Positions 1-9,349 of a stretch of DNA of 64,000 nt are shown piece by piece. A model generated the notes under the pieces. It worked only from the letters and a program-made list of their open reading frames with translations. It had not been told where the DNA came from and ran no database searches. Numbering within the stretch: the first letter of the stretch is position 1; each line of letters opens with the position of its first letter. The position numbers and the translations under genes were made by a program. Source of the DNA: a virus; the IMG/VR virus record IMGVR_UViG_3300031949_000005, positions 64,001 through 128,000 of that record. One strand, given 5' to 3'.

Positions 1-248
1 GTAAAGAAGATTCGATAAATATGTGCTGTCCTTCGAAGCCCTCGAATTGGGTGGCTGTAACATCAATTAAAAATCCCTGACAAATGATGAAACAATGACC
101 ATAATCAGACCAGATAAAACGCGGTTTATAGCCGAGTTTATCTAATCTAACAAAGATTATGTAGGAGCACACACCGCATCCACGACACAAATCATCGTCC
201 CATAGACCATGTTTATCGTTTACTGTTTCTGCCCATATCCGTACTTTT

Positions 249-518
249 TTAGCTATTTTGTACAATCTTTGATATAGCGATTCCGCTTTCATCTTCAAGA
301 ATCCTTATCTTAAAGGGTTGGATTTCTGAATTTTTTCTTAATGCCGCTGCTATGTTGGTTTTGAAAGATTGGATTGATTTATCTTCCGGTTTTTCGACAA
401 TCAAACATTGATCGGTTTGTAATCCATTAAAATCGCTAATAATCTTCAAATACTTTGGCTTACGACCTCTCGTTTCCTTCGTTTTGACATCAGTTAGATT
501 AACAACTTTGGTTTCCAT
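249..518 (-). CDS. small basic protein, possibly DNA-binding (RGRKPKY motif)
   Basis: ORF track; AT-hook-like RGRKPK near the N-terminus; tightly packed with minus-strand neighbours. Confidence 0.5.
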   Translation of the reverse strand: METKVVNLTDVKTKETRGRKPKYLKIISDFNGLQTDQCLIVEKPEDKSIQSFKTNIAAALRKNSEIQPFKIRILEDESGIAISKIVQNS

Positions 519-521
519 TTT

Positions 522-1061
522 CTATCCTTTCAAAATAGATTGAATACTACCCATTATGCTACTATCACTTATTCTATAAACCCAACCATTCCATATATAG
601 TATTCATAACCATACAATTTGGCTACTGCTCTTGCGTTGGCAATATGACCATACCAATGATTATCAGAATTAAATGTGTTTTTCCAACTTATTTTTTCTT
701 TCAAGAATGGTGGTGTCGGTCGTTCGCTTATTCTGCCACTTATGTAATTGGTTACTAAACCAACATAAACTAAATCGCCCCATCTCCAACATGATGGTAA
801 GATTTGAGATGTTACTTCTGTTATATGAACAGCATTACCATAAACAGTTCTATATAAACATGTGTTGTCTTTATTGGCTGACTTTTGAGAAAACCACCCA
901 AATTTCACATCTATATTTGTTTCTCTTAGGAAATATAGACCATTTTTTTCCTCTAGTTTTTGAACATCATGAGCAAGATTAGCACTAGAGTGGTTTGGAT
1001 GATAACAAGACCCTCGTTTACTTCCATGGCATCCACACGTTTTCATCATAGTCCCTTTCAA
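522..1061 (-). CDS. hypothetical phage protein
   Basis: 179-aa ORF overlapping the upstream gene by 4 nt (ATGA-type coupling). Confidence 0.6.
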   Translation of the reverse strand: MKGTMMKTCGCHGSKRGSCYHPNHSSANLAHDVQKLEEKNGLYFLRETNIDVKFGWFSQKSANKDNTCLYRTVYGNAVHITEVTSQILPSCWRWGDLVYVGLVTNYISGRISERPTPPFLKEKISWKNTFNSDNHWYGHIANARAVAKLYGYEYYIWNGWVYRISDSSIMGSIQSILKG

Positions 1062-1384
1062 GACCGGAATAAACCAAATTCATCATCCTCGTCATCTGAC
1101 TCCCATCCTACATTATATCTAGTTTTCCTCTCTAGTTCAATCTCTTGGGCGCAAGATGCACAGAATTCTCCTTCATCAAGAATCCAAGGATCAATAGCTG
1201 GCCAACCGCATTTATTACATGGACAAGTTGGTTGAATACCCATCTTTTCGCAACATTTACTACAGCATGTACCATCACTTGAACTTCTAACTGGTCCTTG
1301 GCAAAAGAAGAAAGCGCCCTTGTCATATCCACCTGTTTCTTTATCACAAAAAGTGCAATAGAATAGCTCTTCTTCTGGGTTCAT
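1058..1384 (-). CDS. Cys-rich (zinc-finger) protein, paralogue of 10577..10837
   Basis: Four CxxC pairs; shares ETG, KMGI and PCxxCxWP with 10577..10837. Confidence 0.65.
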   Translation of the reverse strand: MNPEEELFYCTFCDKETGGYDKGAFFFCQGPVRSSSDGTCCSKCCEKMGIQPTCPCNKCGWPAIDPWILDEGEFCASCAQEIELERKTRYNVGWESDDEDDEFGLFRS

Positions 1385-1836
1385 AATTGTCTCCTTATGA
1401 TATCTCCGTCTCCCGAATAATCAATTGGGATTTTTGTCTTACATTTTTCGCAATTACAAGGAAATTTAGCCTCTAATTCTCTAGATTTCTTAGCTAGTCT
1501 TTCAAATGACTCCATAGTACTTTTGAAGTAAAAATTAAAGTCTCCACTCCAAAAAGTAACCCCAATCCATCTGTACGCTATGTCGGCATTCGACGGTGGA
1601 CGATGTAAGTCTTTTGTGTCTTTGACTATTGCTACAAAGCAATTTTTCATAGGTTCATAGCAAGCTGGAACATACGCTCCGCATCCCCCACATCTTTCGA
1701 TATCAGATGTATACAAACGATCATAACCACACCTAACACAGAGTTTAATAATTGGTGGATGGAATTTGAAACCATATTTAATAGTGAATGCTTCTACTCG
1801 TTGATCTAGTTTGATATTTCGTTCGCTTCGCTCCAT
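1381..1836 (-). CDS. hypothetical Cys-rich protein
   Basis: ORF 1381..1875, start trimmed to MERSE because the longer form overlaps tRNA-Leu; CxxC pairs. Confidence 0.5.
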   Translation of the reverse strand: MERSERNIKLDQRVEAFTIKYGFKFHPPIIKLCVRCGYDRLYTSDIERCGGCGAYVPACYEPMKNCFVAIVKDTKDLHRPPSNADIAYRWIGVTFWSGDFNFYFKSTMESFERLAKKSRELEAKFPCNCEKCKTKIPIDYSGDGDIIRRQL

Positions 1837-1868
1837 CGTTGTGGTCTCATTCCAAAAAAATAGACGAA

Positions 1869-1952
1869 TGGGCAAGGCGGGACTCGAACCCGCACGTCCT
1901 TACGGACACGACTTTTTAAGAGTCGTACGGCTGCCAATTACGTCACTCGCCC
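1869..1952 (-). tRNA. tRNA-Leu(TAA)
   Basis: Reverse complement GGGCGAG...CTTGCCCA; anticodon arm CGACT-CTTAAAA-AGTCG; long variable arm; GGTTCGAGTCC T-arm; CCA not encoded. Confidence 0.93.
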
Positions 1953-1963
1953 AATATTCATAT

Positions 1964-2434
1964 CTATTCGTTTTGTTTATCCTTAATTTTTCTTTTTCTT
2001 ACTGATGTATTAAGAGCTTTTTCTAAAGACCAACCAAGGTCGTCTAATCTTCCTCGTAAAACGCCTCTTGGTATATTATATTCTTTTGCCCAGTCTGCTC
2101 TACATTTAGTTGCACCTAGATATGTTTCTATTCTATTTCTTCTCGTATTTCTTATTTGTTCTCCTTTGGTACTCCATTTACAATTTTCTGGACAATAATT
2201 ACCATCGTTATTAACACGATCTATTTGATGATTAGGAGATGGTTTTTCTCCCATATCTTCTAAGAAGTTTTCAAATTTTAACCATCGTTCACAGACTGTT
2301 ATACCTCTTCCGCCATAGTTGTGGTAATTTGCTGTATTTTTGTTTTTGCATCTTTGAATCATGTGATCCCATGACTTGTAAGTTTTGGATTTATTTTTGC
2401 CGCCATGTCCATGAATTATTGTGTAATTTGCCAT
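1964..2434 (-). CDS. HNH-type homing endonuclease
   Basis: Motifs YxSWxxMxQRC, YGGRGITVCERW, IDRVNNDGNYCPENCKW typical of phage HNH nucleases; lies between two tRNAs. Confidence 0.8.
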   Translation of the reverse strand: MANYTIIHGHGGKNKSKTYKSWDHMIQRCKNKNTANYHNYGGRGITVCERWLKFENFLEDMGEKPSPNHQIDRVNNDGNYCPENCKWSTKGEQIRNTRRNRIETYLGATKCRADWAKEYNIPRGVLRGRLDDLGWSLEKALNTSVRKRKIKDKQNE

Positions 2435-2451
2435 ATTAATCCTTTGTTTCA

Positions 2452-2525
2452 CTACCCCCGATAGGATTCGAACCTATAACCTCCGGTTTAGAAAACCGAT
2501 ACTCTATCCATTGAGCTACGGGGGC
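2452..2525 (-). tRNA. tRNA-Arg(TCT)
   Basis: Reverse complement GCCCCCGTAGCTCAATGGATAGAG; anticodon arm TCGGT-TTTCTAA-ACCGG; A20 Arg identity base; GGTTCGAATCC. Confidence 0.92.
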
Positions 2526-2551
2526 TTTTATTATTGAATCGTCGATAATTA

Positions 2552-3331
2552 TTACATTCCATCATTATACTTTGTAAGATTCTGGACTACCGCATCCAAG
2601 GCTAATTCGAAACCCTGTATAAACCAATGTAGACGATCTCTGCCATTTTGGTTATCTTCAAAATCGTGTGTGCGCTTACTGCGCTGCCAGATGATTATAT
2701 GTCCTGGTTCTCTTGTATCTATGGTAATGCCAATCGCATTAGCACGATCAATAAAGTGTTGTGGTATCTTTGAAGGACTAATCATTATAATTCTCCAATA
2801 CGTATCTCACATTCGCTAATAGGTAAGACAAACATTGTGGGGCTTATTGCTACTAATCCTCCAGTTTCCAGATTAACAGCCAATAATCCAGTTTTGTATA
2901 AAGTGTGTCCAGTGTGGAGTTGTTTTGTTCTTATATAATACTGATTATTTAATTTAAAACACGTTCCAATTTTTATATCCTTAAATTCTTTACATTTTGG
3001 TTTATTACCATTTTCTAAGACGATATTCATTTTTGTTCCTTTTCACGTATTCGTCCATTGTATACGAAAATCTAATTGTCGAAACCCCATATTCGAGAAT
3101 CATCTGATTATCTGCTTCTCTATGTGCGTGGACCATTGCTTGTTCTATGTTCCCGAAAACGCTTGCGCCCGTGTTGAAATAATTAACTACTTGAGTAGAA
3201 TTGAATCCATCATCCCCATCCGGTTCCCATCTTAGGTTGTCAATAGCCATTGCGTGAATAACCCTGTATTCATTGTTGGGAAAACAACCAATATAAATCC
3301 CATTATCAGCCGACATTTCCTTCTCCTTCAA
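2552..3331 (-). CDS. three small hypothetical proteins (2552..2785, 2785..3030, 3005..3331)
   Basis: Abutting or overlapping minus-strand ORFs. Confidence 0.6.
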
Positions 3332-3469
3332 ATATAAACAAAAGAATGTCGAATCTATTGCAAATCATTTGACACACATTAGTAATAAACTCGTCGTCTA
3401 GTCCATCCAACATACATATCAAATCATCTTGTATATGTTCTCTTTGATTTTCTAAATCCCTTCTTGTTA

Positions 3470-3982
3470 TCATTCATCATTCTCTTCAAAAAAATTTTCA
3501 ACATCTTTATTTTGATGATTACCTATTATCTCCTCAAAACTATTTATCAAAAGAATCCTACACAGAATTGCAAACACATGGTTATTTGGGAAATATTTTA
3601 TGAAGAAACTCTCACATTCTTTTTTAGATATAAACTTCAGCGCTAATGCAGCGGCAACCGCTGGACTTCTCGAAATACCAGCCTCGCAATGAATGATTAC
3701 AATTTCATCATCTTCGTTTATGAAATCATTTATTTGATTTGCGTGTGACTCGTCGAATAAGATGGGCCAGTCCGACTTATCCTTGTTTATACTTTTAACT
3801 ACATCAATTTGTTCTGTCCTTAAATCATGGAACTGAAGTCTCAAAATTCGAGACTCCGGTAAACCGATAGACGCCGGATTGGACCGTGGATCGGTTATAG
3901 AGATGACTTTTATGTGTTCTCTATTGAGACATTGATCAATTTCTTGATTGACGAATTCTCTTGGGCATACTTTTATATTCAT
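3470..3982 (-). CDS. protein-tyrosine/dual-specificity phosphatase family protein
   Basis: Active-site loop HCEAGISRS (CX5R); FHD general-acid motif. Confidence 0.85.
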   Translation of the reverse strand: MNIKVCPREFVNQEIDQCLNREHIKVISITDPRSNPASIGLPESRILRLQFHDLRTEQIDVVKSINKDKSDWPILFDESHANQINDFINEDDEIVIIHCEAGISRSPAVAAALALKFISKKECESFFIKYFPNNHVFAILCRILLINSFEEIIGNHQNKDVENFFEENDE

Positions 3983-4099
3983 AGTACTACCACTTCATGA
4001 ATTTAACGACCATAATACCTAACACAAACCACACAAAAGAATGTGATAATCTGTCATAAATATTCCAGGTTCTGGGATAAGGCCATTTATTTTTCATAT

Positions 4100-4309
4100 T
4101 TATATCTCTTGTGGTTGTTTCATTTCAAAAGGCAAATATGATTTTTCGATATCGTTTATGAGGACATTAGTATAATCACTGATAGGACACCCATCCTCGG
4201 TTTCATAATCACATAAATCTCCTGCCATAAATTCTTGTGAAACCCACAATTGTTTATCTGTGTCGAAACTTTGAATTACGCAACCATTTGTTATCTTTTT
4301 TACGATCAT
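4100..4309 (-). CDS. hypothetical protein
   Basis: ORF 4100..4354 trimmed to MIVKK, which follows an AGGAG RBS downstream of tRNA-Lys. Confidence 0.6.
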   Translation of the reverse strand: MIVKKITNGCVIQSFDTDKQLWVSQEFMAGDLCDYETEDGCPISDYTNVLINDIEKSYLPFEMKQPQEI

Positions 4310-4327
4310 TTTATTCTCCTTGGAAAA

Positions 4328-4399
4328 TGGGCGTGGAGGGACTTGAACCCCCAACGTCCCGGTTAAAAGCCGGTTACTCTGCCATTGAGTTACACGCCC
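4328..4399 (-). tRNA. tRNA-Lys(TTT)
   Basis: Reverse complement GGGCGTG...CACGCCCA; anticodon arm ACCGG-CTTTTAA-CCGGG; GGTTCAAGTCC. Confidence 0.92.
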
Positions 4400-4403
4400 G
4401 TCG

Positions 4404-4628
4404 CTATTCTGGCAACAATCGCAATAGTTCTCTTAGAGTAAGAGATTTACCGTTTTGATGAACAAACAAAATACCTCCTCTAGTTTGTGCATACTCCTTA
4501 TCTCTCTTATTAAGGCGATTCAGAAATTCAAGAGACACAGCAAGACAAGAGCTTTGTATTGGGTGTAGATTGCCTTTGCTTATTTGCTGTTCGATTACAG
4601 TTTCACACAATTCTTTTTTGGTCAACAT
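4404..4628 (-). CDS. hypothetical protein
   Basis: ORF track; GGAG RBS. Confidence 0.55.
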   Translation of the reverse strand: MLTKKELCETVIEQQISKGNLHPIQSSCLAVSLEFLNRLNKRDKEYAQTRGGILFVHQNGKSLTLRELLRLLPE

Positions 4629-4630
4629 TA

Positions 4631-5254
4631 CTATTCTCCGTTCAAATCCAGGGTTTCAAGTTCATTCAAACCTATGAATTCGGTTCCATCAATTGTCATA
4701 TGAAAACTTGTGTGTATGTGACCAAAAATCCATAGTTTGGGCTTATGTATATACCACATGGCATCCAGCGCTTGTCCGGTACGACTTGGGTATATTCTAG
4801 TTGAACCAGTAATAATGGGAACAATACTTTGAGGCGGGACGTGAGTGATCATAGTATGAGGCTTCGTTATACCAACCATCGAATAATTTTCGACGGCTCT
4901 ATTTAGGTCCTCCAACGATATTTCCTCATCACGCCACCATGATTTTCCTTCTATTCTAAGATGTTTGTCTATACTCAAACCACCTCGTGTCCAAAAAAAT
5001 TCAAATAAATTCTTTGTTCCTGTGAAAAATCCCATTCTTCCATAATCACCGATATAATGAGGCAACTTTTTTATCTCATCATAATTATCGTGGTTTCCAC
5101 CTATGATGATATGATTACCAGAATCAACCGAATCCATGTGTTCATAATCGAAGCCCATATCGCCTATTTGAATTGTATACGGTTTATTTCTAACTATCTT
5201 GAGATATTCATTGTATTTTCCATGAACATCGCCTATTACTGTTACTGTTGACAT
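4631..5254 (-). CDS. calcineurin-like metallophosphoesterase
   Basis: GDVHG, GD, GNHD, THxPP and FGHIH motifs. Confidence 0.9.
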   Translation of the reverse strand: MSTVTVIGDVHGKYNEYLKIVRNKPYTIQIGDMGFDYEHMDSVDSGNHIIIGGNHDNYDEIKKLPHYIGDYGRMGFFTGTKNLFEFFWTRGGLSIDKHLRIEGKSWWRDEEISLEDLNRAVENYSMVGITKPHTMITHVPPQSIVPIITGSTRIYPSRTGQALDAMWYIHKPKLWIFGHIHTSFHMTIDGTEFIGLNELETLDLNGE

Positions 5255-5341
5255 TTTACACCTTAACTAGACAAAGAATCGAACACACGATTATTATAGC
5301 CCAAATCATATAATTTGTCCAGGTTATAATGTCTTTTCTCA

Positions 5342-5695
5342 TTATAGTAAATATGTTTTGATTAACCATCCTATAGATAAAACTAACGTTGTTCTTATTA
5401 AGGGGTAATACATTTCGCGCCATCTATATTCTGAAGTTTCCTCTAAGTGTCGTTTTAATAATTTAATTGATTTTGGATTATATATTAACGTGTTAACGAA
5501 TAATCCCAACCCCATTATTTGGAATGTATTTATTGGTGAAACCTTAATAGTCGGGACAACAAACCATAACCAACAAATAGAAAGAGCATAAGCGCGGTAC
5601 AGTATAGAAAAAAGAGTAAGGGGTATGCCTAAGACGGTGAATAATATATCCGATAGAGTTTTTACTTTAATAGTCGCATTACAATCTAATTGCAT
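5342..5695 (-). CDS. membrane protein
   Basis: Hydrophobic segments; start trimmed to MQLDC because the longer ORF overlaps tRNA-Glu. Confidence 0.6.
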   Translation of the reverse strand: MQLDCNATIKVKTLSDILFTVLGIPLTLFSILYRAYALSICWLWFVVPTIKVSPINTFQIMGLGLFVNTLIYNPKSIKLLKRHLEETSEYRWREMYYPLIRTTLVLSIGWLIKTYLL

Positions 5696-5715
5696 TTTTG
5701 ATCCTTTCATTAAAA

Positions 5716-5787
5716 TGCTCTCACGGGGACTCGAACCCCGGTCTTTGGCTTGAAAGGCCAATATCCTAGCCGCTAGACGACAAGAGC
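5716..5787 (-). tRNA. tRNA-Glu(TTC)
   Basis: Reverse complement GCTCTTG...TGAGAGCA; anticodon arm TTGGC-CTTTCAA-GCCAA; GGTTCGAGTCC. Confidence 0.9.
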
Positions 5788-6092
5788 TTTTGAATTTCCT
5801 TAATTAAAATGACACCATCCGTTTCCATCTTCGTCGTCAAAAAACCACCCAAGCTTGCTTATTCTTTCATGTTCCATCGCCGTCAATCGTTCTTTAGGCT
5901 CCTCTACATAGATAATATCGTGTTCATAATCTATACCCACTTCTGGGTCATGCTTCTCGATGATTGTTAGACCTTCGATAATCTCTACTTTTCTCCTTAT
6001 ATTTACACTTTACTAACTGAGTGGACTTTTTTATTATTAAGTGGGCGCAAGTTTAGCAATTGGCGCAATATCATAGTGATATCATATGAATA

Positions 6093-6398
6093 TTACATTT
6101 TTTGTGCCCACTCGTACAGGAAACTGTCGAGAGAATCGTATATTCTCACTACCACACAAAGAGCATCAAATTGTCTCCCACGATCGTCGATAAGAACATC
6201 GGCTTCTGGTATTTTTGAGGCATCCTTATGTAGATAATAGAATCCCATGAGACTTGCGATGGCTGCGCCATCCTCGTGAGAGGACCAAACTGTGACATTG
6301 TGTGCGCCGCGACGCACCCATTCTTTGAATTCTATAAACCTTTCGTGAAGCTGTCCATTTATTAAGACGGTATCATCCAGATCTAGAAGTATGCGCAT
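6093..6398 (-). CDS. HAD-superfamily hydrolase, minimal
   Basis: MRILLDLDDTV (DxDxT), VWSS, IDD motifs. Confidence 0.75.
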   Translation of the reverse strand: MRILLDLDDTVLINGQLHERFIEFKEWVRRGAHNVTVWSSHEDGAAIASLMGFYYLHKDASKIPEADVLIDDRGRQFDALCVVVRIYDSLDSFLYEWAQKM

Positions 6399-6445
6399 TT
6401 TAATATTCCGGCCACACCCACATTTTCCCAATCTGACTTCTTTTT

Positions 6446-7728
6446 CTAATCTTCCTTTGGAATGTGTAATCTTATTTGTTCAACCATTTCATATATCAGA
6501 TCTTCTTTTTCTTTTTCTTTTTCTGATAGGAAATTCCAATGTACGCCGTAGGTAAATCCGAGGATAGAAAGAGAGATAAAACCCATTTTACTCAGATTTA
6601 TCCCCAAATCAAAGAAATTCACCAAGAACTCCGTAAAATTCCTTGGAATATCTTTATCAAACTTTATCCTCTTCATTGGTTTAACCACCCCATAGACCAC
6701 ACAAATATCGTGATAGAAGTACTGAGGATGAGGAAAAGGGGCCATTCAATAGTGTGGCCGCGTTCAGCTTTTATAAGAACGAGGGTTAAAAACCAGATAC
6801 TTACGATTAAAGAAGCGATTTTCAAAAACATTTTATTTCTCCTAATCGAATACCCCATATTTAATAATAATAACGGGGTGATTTTCGTCGAGGATGCCTT
6901 CCGTATCCATGTCGGTACTAAAATCGTCTATCGGGAAATATTCCCCGACATCTGCATCATAAATAGTTACGTCCATTCCTAGTGCCTCTTCGCCTAGCTT
7001 CTGAAGGTGATCTAGTAGTCCTTTATACGTCATTTTTAAATCTCCTTAAGAATATATCCATGCTGATCGACTAGAATACCTTGATTATTACATGTCAAAG
7101 TATAAACTCTTGCTGGTCCATTATACTTGCGATTTTTTTAAAATACTGTTTCTTATTTATCATCCGGATTTTCTGTCTAAGATGTGTATTTACGCTGAAA
7201 TCGAAATAATCTCCATCTTGAGATAAAAAATCTTCGCACCAATCGCTAAAACATTGTAAATCACCAACATCAGACGTTGCGTTCATGAGCATTATCATGC
7301 GTGAGCGGGACAATCGGAACGTTGATCCCATATCGAGTTCTCCTTTTGTTACTGACTATCTTATTGGCACCATCTCCTTAGAAATAGGCTTTACCAGTCC
7401 TTGCCTATCTCGCTTTCCCACATGCTTAGTTCGCTCGTTTCCTGTAAATCGTGCTATTCCTTATCCGTAAGGTATGCAAGGCCAGGATCATCAATGCCGA
7501 CTATCATCCGGCCTTCTTGTGTGTATTTTGCATTCGGTGGTACACTACCTATCCATGCTACGTAGGTATCTAGGGTGCCGACAGCACCGCGGTTAAGCGC
7601 CGATCGCATTTTGACAGCCGTTTCGGGATCGGCATTTAATACCCAATCGAGGAATGCGTCAGACACGACTTGCGGTTTGTAGTCTTTGATCCTACGTAAT
7701 GTTTGTGAAAACGCAAATATATCAGCCA
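6446..7728 (-). CDS. run of small hypothetical proteins (ends at 6446, 6673, 6842, 7095, 7454)
   Basis: Consecutive minus-strand ORFs, several with AGGAG RBS; starts uncertain. Confidence 0.5.
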
Positions 7729-8225
7729 TTACTTTCTTACCTTTCAACCTAACAAGATAAAGACATGACACACACACACGACATGGTCGGCACCACCCCT
7801 TTAGGGTCGATTTTTCTAAATAAGGTCCTTCGCACAAACATCCAGACTAGCCCTACGCCCCTAAAAACCCACTTTTCCTCATTTTATAGCTCTTTATGGA
7901 CCCTATAATGATGGTATTTTAGTCCCTTAAAAAGCCTGAAATTTGCCAGAAAAAGGCGTTTTTCACGTCAAATAATAGCTAGAAACGCCAATTTCCCGCA
8001 TTTTCGATGGATCATTCCCTATTATTCGTTCAAAAAGACGATCTGTCTCGCCTAGGGATGATACTTCGCAAGCGAAAACTGGAAAAAATACATATTTTCC
8101 TTCAAGAAATTGAGTTTTTGATATGTCTTTGTAGAGAAAAAGCTTCTTTTCCACTAACTTCCTCCTTTTTCTATTCAGAAACATGGTTTTTGTATACTTT
8201 TCACGACTTTTGTGTATAAGTGAGT

Positions 8226-8789
8226 ATGAAAAAAACATGGGCAAGAGGAAAGGAGTGGTATCGTCGTCAGAGACTTGCGAGTAATCTATGTATGACATAT
8301 GGATGTAAAAACGATAGGGTAATAAATAGACAAACATGCAGAGAATGCCAAAAGAAGAGCAAGAATTATAGGATTAACAGGTCTATTAAACTTACTCAAC
8401 TTGGTCTGTGTACCAGATGTGGTCAAAATAATTATCTTGAAATATATCAAGACAGAAAGACAAAAACCAAGTTATGTGAACTTTGTTATCTCAAGAGAAT
8501 GGCTTCTCAACACCTTGGTGCGGAGAGTTACTACGTAGATTTGTTAAATCTACTTCAAAAACAAAAGTTCAGATGTGCTTATACTGGAGGTGATCTTGTT
8601 TTAGGCTTAAACGCTTCGTTGGATCATATACTTCCGCGAAAGAAATATCCGGATAAAATCAAAGATATTGATAATCTTCAATGGGTTATTCGTGATATAA
8701 ATACGATGAAATCGGGTTTCGAAGAGGAGACGTTCATTAACCTTGTTACAAAGATGTATCTATATTTAACTAAATCCAATAATTCCTAA
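8226..8789 (+). CDS. HNH endonuclease with N-terminal Cys zinc fingers
   Basis: CAYTG...SLDHILP...NLQWVxxxINxMK; opposite strand to neighbours; GTGTATAA motif at 8212. Confidence 0.8.
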   Translation: MKKTWARGKEWYRRQRLASNLCMTYGCKNDRVINRQTCRECQKKSKNYRINRSIKLTQLGLCTRCGQNNYLEIYQDRKTKTKLCELCYLKRMASQHLGAESYYVDLLNLLQKQKFRCAYTGGDLVLGLNASLDHILPRKKYPDKIKDIDNLQWVIRDINTMKSGFEEETFINLVTKMYLYLTKSNNS

Positions 8790-8793
8790 ATCG

Positions 8794-9201
8794 TTATTTA
8801 CATCCCTTCCTAGCTCTAGGATTCCTGTTTTTGGCTCTTGTCGCCTTTTGACGCATCTTGGCCTCTTGTTCTTGTCTCGCCAACCGTTCCTCTCGGCGCA
8901 ATGGGTCGGAATTTATCGTGCCTATACGAATAGACTCATTGGTGGCCAATTTACATACATTTTTGCGCGGACGACATGCAGTTTTTCTTGACTTGATGTT
9001 CTGACCATCCAATCCCTTGGTTATATTGACGAACGGACGCTTGGTGGTGAAACCATAACGGCCATCTCCGGCGACTTTATCTAAATCACCATTAGATGAA
9101 AACCGTCTACCTCCTTTTACTCTTCGAGTCCACTCTAGTCCGAGCCTGTATGTTTTGAGGAATTTTTTATCCTCTTCTGTCTGGGGTATGTTATAGATCA
9201 C
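8794..9201 (-). CDS. basic (Arg/Lys-rich) hypothetical protein
   Basis: GTG start after AGGAG; the longer ORF overlaps tRNA-Ile. Confidence 0.55.
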   Translation of the reverse strand: MIYNIPQTEEDKKFLKTYRLGLEWTRRVKGGRRFSSNGDLDKVAGDGRYGFTTKRPFVNITKGLDGQNIKSRKTACRPRKNVCKLATNESIRIGTINSDPLRREERLARQEQEAKMRQKATRAKNRNPRARKGCK

Positions 9202-9225
9202 TTGGTTTACTCCTGTTAAAAATAT

Positions 9226-9300
9226 TGACCCCACCCGGATTCGAACCGGGAACCTCGATTTTATAAGAATCGCGCTCTAGCCGACTTGAGCTATGGGGCC
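9226..9300 (-). tRNA. tRNA-Ile(TAT)
   Basis: Reverse complement GGCCCCATAGCTCAAGTCGGCTAGAGCG; anticodon arm CGATT-CTTATAA-AATCG; GGTTCGAATCC. Confidence 0.9.
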
Positions 9301-9303
9301 GAC

Positions 9304-9336
9304 TGGACCTCCTGGGAATCGAACCCATAGAGGCCC
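9304..9336 (-). ncRNA. tRNA-Ala-like minihelix (acceptor stem plus T-arm only), or internally deleted tRNA
   Basis: GGGCCTC-TA-TGGG-TTCGATT-CCCAG-GAGGTCC-A: 7-bp acceptor with G3:U70 and A73; D and anticodon arms absent. Confidence 0.6.
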
Positions 9337-9349
9337 ACTTCTTCCACTG

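Noticed and set aside
2452-2525. Possible amber suppressor tRNA (CTA visible in the loop) and alternative genetic code
   Set aside because: The 5-bp stem places TCT at positions 34-36 and A20 indicates Arg; long genes are uninterrupted in the standard code and TAG is used as a normal stop
5800-5982. ~60-codon minus-strand frame (IIEGLTIIEKHDPEV...GWCHFN) after an AGGAG
   Set aside because: Looks protein-like but has no ATG/GTG/TTG near the RBS; cannot distinguish a rare ATT start from a decayed gene
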